Below, in pieces: positions 47,570 through 59,063 of a DNA stretch of 64,000 nt. Location: NCBI GenBank assembly GCA_038087875.1, contig CM075991.1, positions 14,138,001 through 14,202,000 on the forward strand, given 5' to 3'. Within the stretch, counting starts at the first letter, position 1, and the number at the start of each line of letters is the position of its first letter. Source of the DNA: Malacoraja senta (Eukaryota). The notes below the pieces were generated by a model, which searched no databases, was not told the DNA's origin, and was given only the letters and a program-made list of their open reading frames with translations. Made by a program: the position numbers and the translations under genes.

Positions 47570-47597
47570 CTGAAGAAGGGTTTCAGCCCGAAACGTT
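47570..47597 (+). ncRNA. Minimal hammerhead ribozyme core (subfamily B)
   Basis: CUGAAGA-A-GGGU UUCA GCCC-GAAAC-GUU. Confidence 0.55.
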
Positions 47598-47869
47598 GCC
47601 CATTTCCTTCGTTCCATAGATGCTGCTGCACCCGCTGAGTTTCTCCAGCACTTTTGTCTACCTCCGTCATTCAATCATGGCCGATCTATTTCTCATTCCT
47701 AACCGCATTCTCCTGCCTTCTCTCTATAGCCTCTAACCTGTACTAATCAAGAATCTATCTATCTCTGCCTTAAATATATCCACTGACTTGTCATCCACGG
47801 CCTTCTGTGGCAATGAATTCCACAGATTCACCACCTTGGATTCAGCAACTTTCACCATCAACATGAGGC

Positions 47870-48185
47870 TCGACTAACTGGGCCTCGACTCTCTGGAGTT
47901 TGGAAGGTTGAGGGGGGGACCTCTTTGAAACTTACAGAATAATGAAAGGCATAGATAGAGTGGATGTGGAGAGGATGTTTCCACTGGTGGGAGAGTCTAG
48001 GGCTAGAGGTCATAGCCTCAGAATTAAAGGGCGCTCTTTTAGAAAGGAGGTGAGGAGGAACTTCTTTAGTCAGAGGGTAGTTAATCTGTGGAACTCCTTG
48101 CCACAGAAGGCTGTGGAGGCCAAGTCAGTGGATATTTTCACAGCAGAGATAGACACATTTTTGATTAGAACGGGTGTCAAGAACG
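47870..48185 (+). mobile_element. CR1 3' fragment
   Basis: MKGIDRVDVERMFPLVGESRARGHSLRIKG...NLWNSLPQ. Confidence 0.85.
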
Positions 48186-48242
48186 GGGTAGAAGGCGGGA
48201 TCTATGCCTGGAGAAATCCCGAGCCAATCAAGTTTTAAATGG

Positions 48243-48473
48243 AAGATTGACACTAAAAGCTGGAGTAACTCAGCGAGACAGGCAGCATCTCTGGAGAGAA
48301 GGATAGGTGACGTTTCGGGTCGAGAAGAAGGGTCTCGACCCGAAACATGGAAGGATCTCGACCCGAAAAGTCACACATACCTTCTCTCCAGAGATGCTGC
48401 CTGTCCCGCTGAGTTACGCCAGCATTTGTGTCTATCTTCGGATTAAATCAGCATCTGAAGTGCTTTCCTACAC
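48243..48473. mobile_element. Penelope-derived palindrome with 16-bp TSD
   Basis: atcaagttttaaatgg at 48227-48242 and 48474-48489. Confidence 0.82.
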
Positions 48474-48674
48474 ATCAAGTTTTAAATGGCCGTCCCCTGA
48501 TTTTTTTAGTTAGTCAGTTTGGTTTAATGGCGGTGGAAATGTAATTGGAAAGGCAGATACATGATTACAATCGATCAGTGTACATATACAGGATAAAGGG
48601 CGCAGTCACCTTCTCTGCCTTCCCAGCGCTCCCTGTGAGTATGCATCACTCTGGCACGACAAGGCTGTTTTATT

Positions 48675-48930
48675 TACTTTAGTTCAGAGATACAGCGCAG
48701 AAACAGGCCCTTCGGCCCACCGAGTCCGCACTGACAGCGATCCCCGCACACTAACACTATCCTACACACACTAGGGACAATTCACATTTACACCAAGCCA
48801 ATTCACCTACAAACCTGTACATCTTTGGAGCGTGGGAGGAATCCGAAGATGTCAGAGAAAACCCACGTGGTCACGGGGGGGAACGTACAAACTCTTTACA
48901 GACAGCGCCAGTAGCCGGGATCGAACCTGC
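48675..48930 (-). mobile_element. V-SINE
   Basis: Reverse-complement copy. Confidence 0.82.
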
Positions 48931-50274
48931 GGCACACCTCCGTGGCATGTGCTGGATTTTAATTCATTCTGACTGCCTGTTGAGCACATCCTTACAAAGG
49001 GTTAAACGCTAGTTGTTGTGATCTCTTCCTCTCAGCATTTGCATCTCGATTTGACCTATAAAAGTCCTGAAAGACGAGAGGTTTAAGCCTGTGATTCATG
49101 GAATAAAAATAACAAGCTTCACTCTGTCCGTCTCCGCTCACTATTGATCGCCATGTGCTGGAGGGAAGCCCAGTCAAGGAGGGGAGAAGGGAGCAGCGTA
49201 ATAGGAAGAACATCCAAGGGCATGAGTAGGAAGGAACTTCAGATGCTGGTATCAACCGAAGTGCTGGAGTCGAGACAAGAAGAAGGGTCTCGACCCGAAA
49301 CGTCGTCCATTCCTTCTCTCCAGAGATGCTGCCTGTCCCGTTACTCCAGCACTTTGTGTCTATCTTCGGTGTAAACCGGCATCTGCAGTTCCTTCCTACA
49401 CAGAATGACCCCATTGGATGTGGCTTTTTAGTTTAGTTTAGTTTTTAGTTTAGAGCTACGATGCAGAAACAGGCCCTTTGGCCCACCAAGTCATAAGGTC
49501 ATAAGTGGTAGGCCCATCAAGTCTACTCCGCCATTCAAACATGGCTGATCTATCTCTCCCTCCTAACCCCATTCTCCTGCCTTCTCCCCATAACCTCTGA
49601 CATCAGTACTAATCAAGAATCTCTGTCCGAAAAAGATCCATTGACTTGCGATCCTCGCACATGAACACTACCCAACACACACTCGGAACAATTTACATTG
49701 ACACCAGGCCAATTAACCTAGTGGGAGGAAACCGAATCCCATGCAGGTCACGGGGAGAACGTACAAACTCCGTACAGACAGCACCCGTAGTCAGGATGGA
49801 ACCTGGGTCTCTGGTGCTGTGAGGCAGCAACTCTACCGCTGCGCCACCGTGCCACCCCAGTTACTCCAGCATTTTGTGTCTATCTTCAGTGTAAAGCAAC
49901 ATCTGCAGTTCCATCCAAGGTAGAATGACTCTATTGGACGTGGCTACAGCTGGAACTAACATGGAGTTTTTATTCCTCTTTATTGCTTGTGATGGGGGGA
50001 GGGGGGGGGGGGGGAGATGTACAATGCATGTCCACCCGCCGGTCTAGACAGGAACTGTAAAAGAGCAGAGTGCTTTTCTAATAAGGGGAATGTGCCCTGA
50101 TATTAGGCATTGCCGTTTAAAACAAGAGGAGAGAGTTGTAAGGTTTTCTCGCTCTGGGGGAGGGGGAGGGCATTTCCGTGGTGAAAAGCAGGGACAATTG
50201 GGGGGTGGGCTGTTGCTTATTTAGTTTAGTTTTAGTTTAGCGATACAGCATGGAAACAGGCCCGTCGGCCCAGT

Positions 50275-50302
50275 CTGAAGAAGGGTCTCGACCCGAAACG
50301 TC
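50275..50302 (+). ncRNA. Minimal hammerhead ribozyme core (subfamily A, consensus-like)
   Basis: CUGAAGA-A-GGGU CUCG ACCC-GAAAC-GUC. All invariant core nucleotides are present. Confidence 0.6.
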
Positions 50303-51504
50303 ACCCATTCCTTCTCTCCAGAGATGCTCCCTGTCCCGCTGAGTGACTCCAGTATCTACCATCAGCTCAGTTTCCCACTGACAGCATCCCAGGAAGAACA
50401 GGTAGTCCTTGAAGTGGGTACAGGTCAGGTCAATAAAGAGGGTCTGGGACTTAAAAGACAGTTGATACAAATATCATGGCTCCTTTTGCCACCAAGAAAG
50501 GAGATGACACCTCATCCTCCTGCACTCCAAGGAATAATGTCCCAGCTTGCCCAACCTCTCCCTATAGCTCAGGCCCTCAAGTCCTGGAAATATCCTGGTA
50601 AATCTTCCCTGAACCCTGTCAAGCTTAACGATGTCTTTCCTATATGGACACACAATGCTGGAGTAACTCAGCGGGACCGGCAGCATCTCTGGAGAGAAGG
50701 AATGGATGACGTTTCGGGTCGAGACCCTTGTGTCTCCTATGAGAGGGTGACCAAAGAAGGTGTCTCAAATCTCCTGCTTTTCTCTCTGGTCCTTGAACAC
50801 AGATTGTGCGTGCAGCTTAGCAGGTCAGTCAGCATCTCTAAAGGACATGGATAGGCGACGTTACGGGTCGGGATGGAAGAAGGGTCCCCGCCTGAAATAT
50901 CGCCTGTCCATGTCCTCCAGAAATGCTGCCTGACCCGCTGAGTTACTCCAGCACTTTGTGTCTATCTTCCTGTAGGATGGGTCGGCTGTACCTGATACGT
51001 CACTCTGGGTCTGGGCTCATTATTAACCCGTGTACAGAGATGCAGTCAACATTTTGTTCATTTTTTAAACAATCAATTCTCCAATTTCAGATAACCTCCA
51101 ACCACCTCACCCCTTCCCCCTCCCCTTTCTCCCCACAAGCTCCCATTCTCCCCAACCCCCCTCCCCCGAGCCCCATCTGGAGTCCAGACATTTCTCCCCT
51201 CCCTCATTCAAGTTCCAGTTGCATTTATTGTCACAGTAGTTGGTGCAGAGATCTTCAATCCTCCTGTCTCATACAATCATAGAGTGATACAGTGTGGAAA
51301 CAGGCCCTTCCATCCTACTTGCCCACACTGGCCAACATGTCCCATCTACACTGGTCCCACCTGCCTGCTTTTGGCCCATATCCCTCTAAACCTGTCCTAT
51401 CCATGTTCAAGAAGGAACTGCAGATGCTGGAGAATCGAAGGTAGACAAAATTGCTGGAGAAACTCAGCGGGTGCGGCAGCATCTATGGAGCGAAGGAAAT
51501 TGGC

Positions 51505-51532
51505 AACGTTTCGGGCCGAAACCCTTCTTCAG
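51505..51532 (-). ncRNA. Minimal hammerhead ribozyme core (subfamily B)
   Basis: CUGAAGA-A-GGGU UUCG GCCC-GAAAC-GUU. Confidence 0.6.
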
Positions 51533-52395
51533 ACTGATGCAGGGTGGGGGGGGCAGGGGGAGGGGAAAGAAGGTCCTATCCATGTACCTGTCTACTTGTT
51601 TCTTAAACGTTGCAATAGTTTGGCTCGACTACATCCTCCGGCAGCTCGTCCCACCACACTTTGTGCATCAAAGTTTACCCCCTGGTTCCCATTAAATCTT
51701 TCCCCCCTCACCTTAAACCTGTGGTTCTTGATTCCCCTACTCTGGGCAAAAACCCCTATAAGATGACACCTCATCCTCCTCTGCTCCAAGGAATAAAGTC
51801 CTAGCCTGCTCAGCCTCTCTATAGCTCAGTCCCTCGAGTCCTGGAAACATCCTGGTAAATCGTCTCTGAACCCTTTCAAGCTTGACAATGTCCTTCCGAT
51901 AACAGGGTGACCAAAGAAGATGTCTTGCATATTCTGCTTTTATCTCTGGCCTTTATTTCCAACTATCATTTTGTGTCGATCTCCAGAGTGGGACAAATCT
52001 TTGAATATGTTGGCTGCTTTCCCGAGGCCTTGAGAAGTGTAGATGGAGTCGAGGAAGGAAGCAAGGGGACTGGTTTGTGTGACGGACTGGGCTGCCTCCA
52101 TTTTGCTTTAGACTCGTGTCCTAACATGAGAAGACTTCATAAAACCAAACGGCGGCATAGAGCTACTGCCTTACAGCTCCAGAGACCCAGGTTCGATCCT
52201 GACTACGTGAGCTGTCTGTACGGAGTTTGTACGTTCTTCCCGTGACCTGCGTGGGTTTTCTCTGAGATCTTCGGTTTCTACCCACACTCTAAAAACGTAC
52301 AGGTTTGTAGGTTAATTGGCTGTATAATAATAATTGGCTGTATTAATAATGTATAAATGTAAAATTGTCCTGTGTGTGTGTGTAGGGTAGTATTA

Positions 52396-54149
52396 TTATT
52401 ATTTTTTTTTATTTTTTATTTTTTTATTTTTTAGAAGTACGGTAGATTACAGTAATGTACAACACGTATATATTAATACATTTTTTGTACCGCTTCACTT
52501 TTTTAAACTTTAAGAAAGAAAAAGAAAGAAGTAAGAAAAGTGAAGAAAGTGCGCAAAGGTTGTGAAGTGCAAAAGAGTGTTGGGAAAAGAAAGCCCCTTA
52601 GAAAAGAAGTTAGAGAAGGAAGTAAAGTTAGAAAATAGACCCTAGAAAAAAAAAGAGAAAGAAAGAAGGAACAATCGCTCTATTATAACTCTTATACCAT
52701 ACTTCATAGAGAAGGAACTACCAACCAAGTCTGTTTTTATTTTACCTCCCATTACCAGGTCCAGATACCTTTTATTTATTTATTTGTTTTTCTAAATTAC
52801 TATTGCACCTCATGCTTGTAATAGGTCCAAAAACGTAGACCACGTCTTTTGAAATTGATCTACTTTGCCTACTAGGAGGAATCTCATCTCTTCCAGATGT
52901 AATGTTTCCAACATATTTGATGTCCACATTTTTATTGTTGGTGTGGGCGCATTTTTCCAGAATTTAAGTATAAGCTTTTTTCCCATTATTAGCCCATAAT
53001 TGAGTAAATTCTTCTGATACACGTTTAATTCAGGAATACCTTCCGATATTCCAAAAATAATCCATTCTGGTTTTGGTACCAGTTTTATTTTGATTAATTT
53101 TGAAAAAATATCAAATATTTCAAACCAGAATTTTTGGATTTTTGTACAAAAAACAAAAGAATGTGCTATGGTAGCTTCTTGACATATACATTTATCACAG
53201 ATTGGTGAGACGTTAGGAAAGATTTTATTTAGTTTGGTTTTTGAATAATATAATCTATGTAATGTTTTAAATTGGATAAGCGTATGTCGTACGTTGATCG
53301 AGCATTTATGCACCTGTAATAAATGATTATCCCAACTCTCTTTTGAAATTTTTATACCTAGATCTTGTTCCCAATCTCTTCTAATTCCATCTGTTGTGGG
53401 TATTTCTATATTTAAGATGATATTATATAAGTATGATATTAAATTAACTGATTCCGCCTTTGTCTTCATTGCTTCATCTAGTAAGTCGGAAGGCATATTA
53501 TAATAATCTTTTGTGTGTGTTTTCAAATAGTCACAGATTTGTAGATATTTAAAATATTGATTATTTTTCAAATTATATTTCAGTTGTAGTTGTTGGAATG
53601 ATAGTAATTTTTCTAATTCATACAGATCTTCGAGCGTTTTAATTCCCATTCTTTCCCATTGTATAAATGCTTTATCTATGATTGAAGGTTTAAACGATGG
53701 GTTATTGACTATTGGTATTAAGAGAGATAGGTTTCTTAATTTTAGATTCTGTTTTATTTGCTTCCATGTTCTAATAGTGCTATATATAATTGGATTTTTA
53801 TTATAATTTTTATTATTCAAATTTATTGGAGAGAGAATAATCGCTCCTATATTATTCGGGGAGCAATCCCCTTTTTCCATTATAATCCAGTCCACCTGCT
53901 GGGCAGAATTGTCCAGCAGGTGAATCATATTTTTAATATTTACTGCCCAGTTATAATACATAAAGTTAGGGAGCGCTAGACCCCCCAACTCTTTTCGTTT
54001 GTTAAGGTGTGTTCTTTGTATTCTGTGGGATTTGTAATCCCATATAAAATTTGTAATGTCTGAGTCCAGTTTTTTGAAAAACTTTTTTGGGAGATATATA
54101 GGTATTGATTGAAATAGGTAAAGGATTTGTGGTAAGAAAATCATTTTTA
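52396..54149 (-). mobile_element. 5'-truncated LINE-1 with A-rich tail and 17-bp TSD
   Basis: TSD tgtgtagggtagtatta at 52379-52395 and 54150-54166. T-rich tail on the + strand. Confidence 0.92.
52810..54149 (-). pseudogene. L1 ORF2 C-terminal part (post-RT region and CCHC zinc knuckle), uninterrupted
   Basis: LPQILYLFQSIPIYLPKKFF..FIW..GGLALPNFMYY...CDKCICQEATIAHSFVFC. About 446 codons without a stop, lacking the 5' part. Confidence 0.9.
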
Positions 54150-54547
54150 TGTGTAGGGTAGTATTAGTGTGCGGGGATTGCTGGTTGGCGTGGACTGGGT
54201 GGGTGGAAGGGCCGGTCTCCGCGCTGTATCTCGACACTAAACTAAACAAGCCTTTATCCTCGTTGCAGGTCGGCACAAATTTCCCAGGACTGAAGCGGAG
54301 GTGCGGAGATAGGCCATGCGGCATTGTGGAAAAGCTCTGAAGCATTAGGTAGGCTGCACTCAGTATGCCCACTGTTAGTTAAACCGACTGGGACACAAAC
54401 TTGGTGTAAAGTTGACAGGCTGTGGGAGTTCTCCATTTCTGGACATCTACACGCTATAACCCTGGATACATTGGGTGAACAGCAACCCACCTGCCCCAAG
54501 AAGGGTCTCCACCAGAAACGTCACCCATTCCTTCCCTCCAGAGACGC

Positions 54548-54916
54548 AATAGACAACAGACAATAGGTGCAGGAGTAGGCCATTTGGCTCTTCGAGCCAG
54601 CACCGCCATTCAATGTGATCATGGCTGATCATCCACAATCAATACCCCGTTCCTGCCTTCACCCCATATCCCCTGACTCCGCTATTTTTAAGAGCCCTAT
54701 CCAGCTCTCTCTTGAAAGCATCCAGAGAACCTGCCTCCACCGCCCTCTGAGGCAGAAAATTCCACAGACTCACAACTCTCTGTGAGAAAAAGTGTTTCCT
54801 CGTCTCTGTTCTAAATGGCTTACTCCTTATTCTTAAACTGTGGCTCCTGGTTCTGGACTCCCCCAACATCGGGAACATGTTTCCTGCCTCTGGTGTGTCC
54901 AAGCCCTTAACAATCT
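54548..54916 (-). mobile_element. CR1 3' fragment
   Basis: KIVKGLDT.EAGNMFPMLGESRTR...KAGTGY plus tail. Confidence 0.88.
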
Positions 54917-55219
54917 TAGATGCTGCTCGTCCCACTGAGTTACTCCAGCTTTTTGTGTCTTATCTTCAAAGAAAAGACCGCACGTGATTACAATCACGCC
55001 GTCCACAGATCAAGAAAACTTAACTAAACTAAATTATAATGGTCTGAAATATTGGTCTTTTAACCCACCTGCTTGGAATTCTTGGAATTGGAGTTGCACT
55101 GTGGAACTTAGAATGTAGAACAGGCCCTTCGGCCCACAATGTCTGTGCCAGAAATGATGCCAAGACCAACTCTTATCTGTCTGTACACCATCCATATCCC
55201 TCCAAGATACACCAGAATG

Positions 55220-55545
55220 TTCAATAATACTTTATTGTCACATGTACCTAGGTACAGTGAAACTCTTTGTTTTTCACACAATCCAGTAACATTAGACTAT
55301 AGATAAGAACAATCACAGATAGGTTCAAAAGTGCAACAATTATGGTGTAATAGTAGACTTCAGCGAGACAGTGAGCAAAGAGTCGCCAGGTTTCTGGTGC
55401 CAACAAAGTTTCAACGTTTTTAAGAGTGCCCTCTTATCTTGGCCTTAAAGGCCCGTTGTCATGGCGACACGGATTCTCTCCTCCGTCCGCCGCCATCTTG
55501 AAAACGGCCCCCTGTCCAGCGTCCGCTGCCGTCGCCGGCTCCCGT
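55220..55545 (-). mobile_element. Family B Rex1-tailed non-coding repeat
   Basis: Homologous to 30280-30790. Contains caagatggcggc on the minus strand. Confidence 0.55.
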
Positions 55546-55694
55546 GAATGCCTGGAACGCACTGCCAGAGAGGGTGGTGGAAATAGAGTCGCTGACAACA
55601 TTTACGCCACTCTTACCCCTCAGAGTTTTCGATCCCGACCTCGGGTGCTGTCTGTGCTGAGTTTGCACGTTCTCCCCGCTGCCCAAGTGGGTTT

Positions 55695-56200
55695 CATAGA
55701 AACATAGAAACATAGAAAATAGGTGCAGGAGTAGGCCATTCGGCCCTTCGAGCCTGCACCGCCATTCAATATGATCATGGCTGATCATCCAACTCAGTAT
55801 CCTGTGCCTGCCTTCTCTCCATACCCCCTGATCCCTTTAGCCACAAGGGCCACATCTAACTCCCTCTTAAATATAGCCATTGAACTGGCCTCAACTACCT
55901 TCTGTGGCAGAGAATTCCACAGATTCACCACTCTCTGTGTGAAAAATATTTTTCTCATCTCGGTCCTAAAAGACCTCCCCTTTATCCTTAAACTGTGACC
56001 CCTTGTTCTGGACTTCCCCAACATCGGGAACAATCTTCCTGCATCTAGCCTCTCCAACCCCTTAAGAATTTTGTAAGTTTCTATAAGACCCCCCCCTCAA
56101 TCTTCTAAATTCTAGCGAGTACAAGCCAAGTCTATCCAGTCTTTCTTCATATAAAAGTCCTGCCATCCCAGGAATCAGTCTGGTGAACCTTCTCTGCACT
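55695..56200 (-). mobile_element. Young CR1 3' fragment inserted in a SINE
   Basis: RLDAGRLFPMLGKSRTRGHSLRIKG...; SINE sequence on both flanks. Confidence 0.9.
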
Positions 56201-56229
56201 CCGGGTGCTGCAGTTTCCTCCCTCAACCC

Positions 56230-56525
56230 ATAGATTTAGACTTTGGAGATAGACTGCAGAAACAGGCCCTTCGGCCCACCCGTTCAGTGCTGACCAGCGA
56301 GCACCCCATACACCAGCACTATCCCACACACACCAGGAGCAATTTACAATTTGTAAGGAGGCCAATTAACCTACAAACCTGCACGTCTTTGGAATGTGCG
56401 AGGAAACCGGAGCGCCAGGAGAAAACCTACTTGGTCACAGGGAGAACGTGCAAACTCTGCACAGACAGCATCCACAGTCACTGGCGCTGTAAGGCAGCAA
56501 CTCTACCAAAGTGCCACCATGCCGC
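56230..56525 (-). mobile_element. V-SINE
   Basis: Reverse-complement copy. Confidence 0.8.
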
Positions 56526-57217
56526 CCCTTAGATGTGAGGGTTTGCGAGCTAATCGGGCCTCTGTAAAATTGCCTCCTAATGTGTAAGGGAGTGGATGAG
56601 AAAGTAAGATGGCATAGAACTAGAATGATCGATGGTTGGCGTGGACTTGGTGGGCCGAAGGGCCTGTTTCCAAACTGTATTTCCAAACTAAACTAAAAGG
56701 CCAGCATGGTCAAAAAGACCTATTGCCTGCGCTGTGGCACTCTGACCCTTCCAGCCTGTATGTCATCATCAATGTTGATGGCTCAGTGACCAATACTGAC
56801 TAAAACATTTACCTACTGTGTGTGTGGGGCATGGCTGTGTTGATATTGGCAGCTGTTTTCCATCCTACAGTACGGACTGTACTTTCCAAATGGGCTTCTT
56901 TGGCTCCAGAATATTTGTAGTGAAGGCTGCAGGGAGTGAGAAGGGATATATAAACGCAGGTTTCCAAGCGGGTGAGGCAGCATCTATGGAGCGAAGGAAT
57001 AGGTGACGTTTCGGGTCCCGAAACGTCACCTATTCCTTCGCTCCATAGATGCTGCCTCACCCACTGAGTTTCTCCAGCATTCGATTTTTTCAGCCTGGTG
57101 ACGTTCAGATCCAACTCTTCCACCGCTATCCTCTGCCTTTTCCCAATCTCCTGTCTCCCAGCCAACGTTTGATGGCTTTCACTCTTTTGCTGAAGTCTCC
57201 CATTGCTCTCGTTCATC

Positions 57218-57563
57218 CTTGGACACGCTAGAGGCAGGAAACATGTTCCCGATGTTGGGGAAGTCCAGAACCAGGGGCCACAGTTTAAGAATAAGGAGTA
57301 AGCCATTTAGAACGGAGACGAGGAAACACTTTTTCTCACAGGGAGTGGTGCGTCTGTGGAATTCTCTGGCTCAGAGGGCGGTGGAGGCAGGTTCTCTGGA
57401 TGCTTTCAAGAGAGAGCTAGATAGGGCTCTTAAAAATAGCGGAGTCAGGGGATATGGGGAGAAGGCAGGAACGGGGTACTGATTGGGGATGATCAGCCAT
57501 GATCACATTGAATGGCGGTGCTGGCTCGAAGGGCCAAATGGCCTACTCCTGCACCTATTTTCT
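57218..57563 (+). mobile_element. CR1 3' fragment
   Basis: DTLEAGNMFPMLGKSRTRGH...GYGEKAGTGY. Confidence 0.88.
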
Positions 57564-57632
57564 ATAAGCTGGAGTAACTCAGCGGGTCAGGCAACATCTC
57601 TGGAGAAAAGGAATAGCTGATGTTTTGGGTAG

Positions 57633-58035
57633 TGATACGATACGATATGATACAATTAAAATTTATTCATGCCAGGAGGGAAATTGGTCTGCCAACAGTC
57701 ATAAAACGCAAGATACAATAGACAATAGGTGCAGGAGTAGGCCATTCGGCCCTTCGAGCCAGCACCGCCATTCAATGCGAACATGGCTGATCATCCCTAA
57801 TCAGTACCCCGTTCCTGCCTTCTATACATATCCCCTGACTCCGCTATCTATAAGAGCTCTTTAATCTTTTATATTAATGAAATCTTTAATTTCATTAATT
57901 TAATTAATGAAATTAAAGTGATGAGTGGAAAGTCCAGGATTGGGGATGTGCAAAGATTGGGGGGGCAAGGTGAGGCAGTCTCAGTCGACCCCACGCCAGA
58001 AGGGGGAGGGGTTGTACAGTTTGATCGCAAAACAA
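57633..58035 (-). mobile_element. Rex1/Babar 3' end interrupted by a CR1 tail (57718-57860)
   Basis: (gatac)n tail and UTR matching positions 1-150. Confidence 0.72.
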
Positions 58036-58049
58036 GTTACGATGTTAAA

Positions 58050-58425
58050 GGATTCACGGGAGGTTGGTCTTGGAGGGGAGGATGCTCCTCAAACTGCGGA
58101 GCATTCTGGCCAATACAGCTCACCCCCTCCATGACGCACTGGTCAACCTGAGGAGCACCTTCAGCAACAGCCTGGTCCCAGCAAGATGCAGCACAGAACG
58201 CCACAGGAGATCCTTCTTCCCTGTGGCTATCTAACTGTACAACTCCCCCCCCCGCTCCCCCCTTCTGCATGGGGTAGACTGAGACTGATTAACCCCCCCC
58301 TCCCCAATCTTTGCGCATCCCCAATCCTTTCCACTGGTCATTTTAATGTCATGTTTCGTGCATCTTTCTTGTGTTGTATGACTTGGCAGGAACAATTTCC
58401 CTCCTGGGATAAATAGCGTTCTATC
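58050..58425 (+). mobile_element. Rex1/Babar 3' fragment
   Basis: LEGRMLLKLRSILANTAHPLHDALVNLRSTFSNSLVPARCSTERHRRSFFPVAI. Confidence 0.82.
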
Positions 58426-58634
58426 GGATGGAATCCCTGAACGGAACGACACAGTTGGATGGGTTTCTGATGGGGATGGGCATGTGGTCTGGCAGCTTCA
58501 TTGCCCCGCTGTCACGGCGTGAGATTGTGTTCCTCGGCTCAGAGCTCGCTGGTTTACCCGACCTGCTGCCTGATCAGGTGTGTGTGTATAGCAGCAGGGC
58601 ACCGCTCTCTCTCACTCTCTCTGCCGTTTCCAAG

Positions 58635-58667
58635 GAGACGGTGGCAAAGAGGAGACACATTTGACTA
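58635..58667 (+). CDS. Candidate 33-nt symmetric exon of an unidentified host gene
   Basis: ctcac branch-like site, long pyrimidine tract, aag|GAGACG...GACTA|gtaagt. Open in two phases (xDGGKEETHLT or xRRWQRGDTFD). Confidence 0.3.
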
Positions 58668-58744
58668 GTAAGTGGAGCAGCCGTGATCTGTTTCGCTGCT
58701 GGTTCGGAGAGACTGGCGTGCTGTAAATCCCCCTCTGCTTATTA

Positions 58745-59063
58745 GTTTTAGTCTCGTTTAGTTTAGAAAGACAGCGCGGAAACGGGCCCTTCGGCCCACC
58801 CAGTCCGTGCTGACCAGCGATCCCCGCACACACTAACACTCATCTACACACACTGGGGACAATTTACGATCTTTACCGAAGCCAATTAACCTACAAACCC
58901 GCCCGTCTTTGGAGTGTGGGAAGAAGCCGGAGATCCCGGAGAAAACCCACGCAGGTCACGGGGAGAACGTACAAACTCCGTACACACAGCACCCGTAGTC
59001 GGGATCGAACCTGGGTCTCCGGCACCGTGAGGCAGCAACTCTACCGCTGTGCTGCCGTGCTGC
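58745..59063 (-). mobile_element. V-SINE
   Basis: Full reverse-complement copy. Confidence 0.85.

Larger units (their letters stand above)
52150..54247 (+). mobile_element. V-SINE split by L1 (pieces 52150-52395 and 54150-54247)
   Basis: The SINE body resumes after the TSD with gtgtgcggggattgctgg. Confidence 0.85.

Noticed and set aside
54269..54350. Candidate + strand coding exon (ttgcag|GTCGG...TTAG|gtaggc)
   Set aside because: Stops in all three frames. It could only be non-coding, and there is no other support.
52810..54372. 520-aa ORF as a host gene
   Set aside because: The first approximately 74 codons are chance read-through from unique and SINE sequence. The rest is truncated L1 ORF2 bounded by a TSD.
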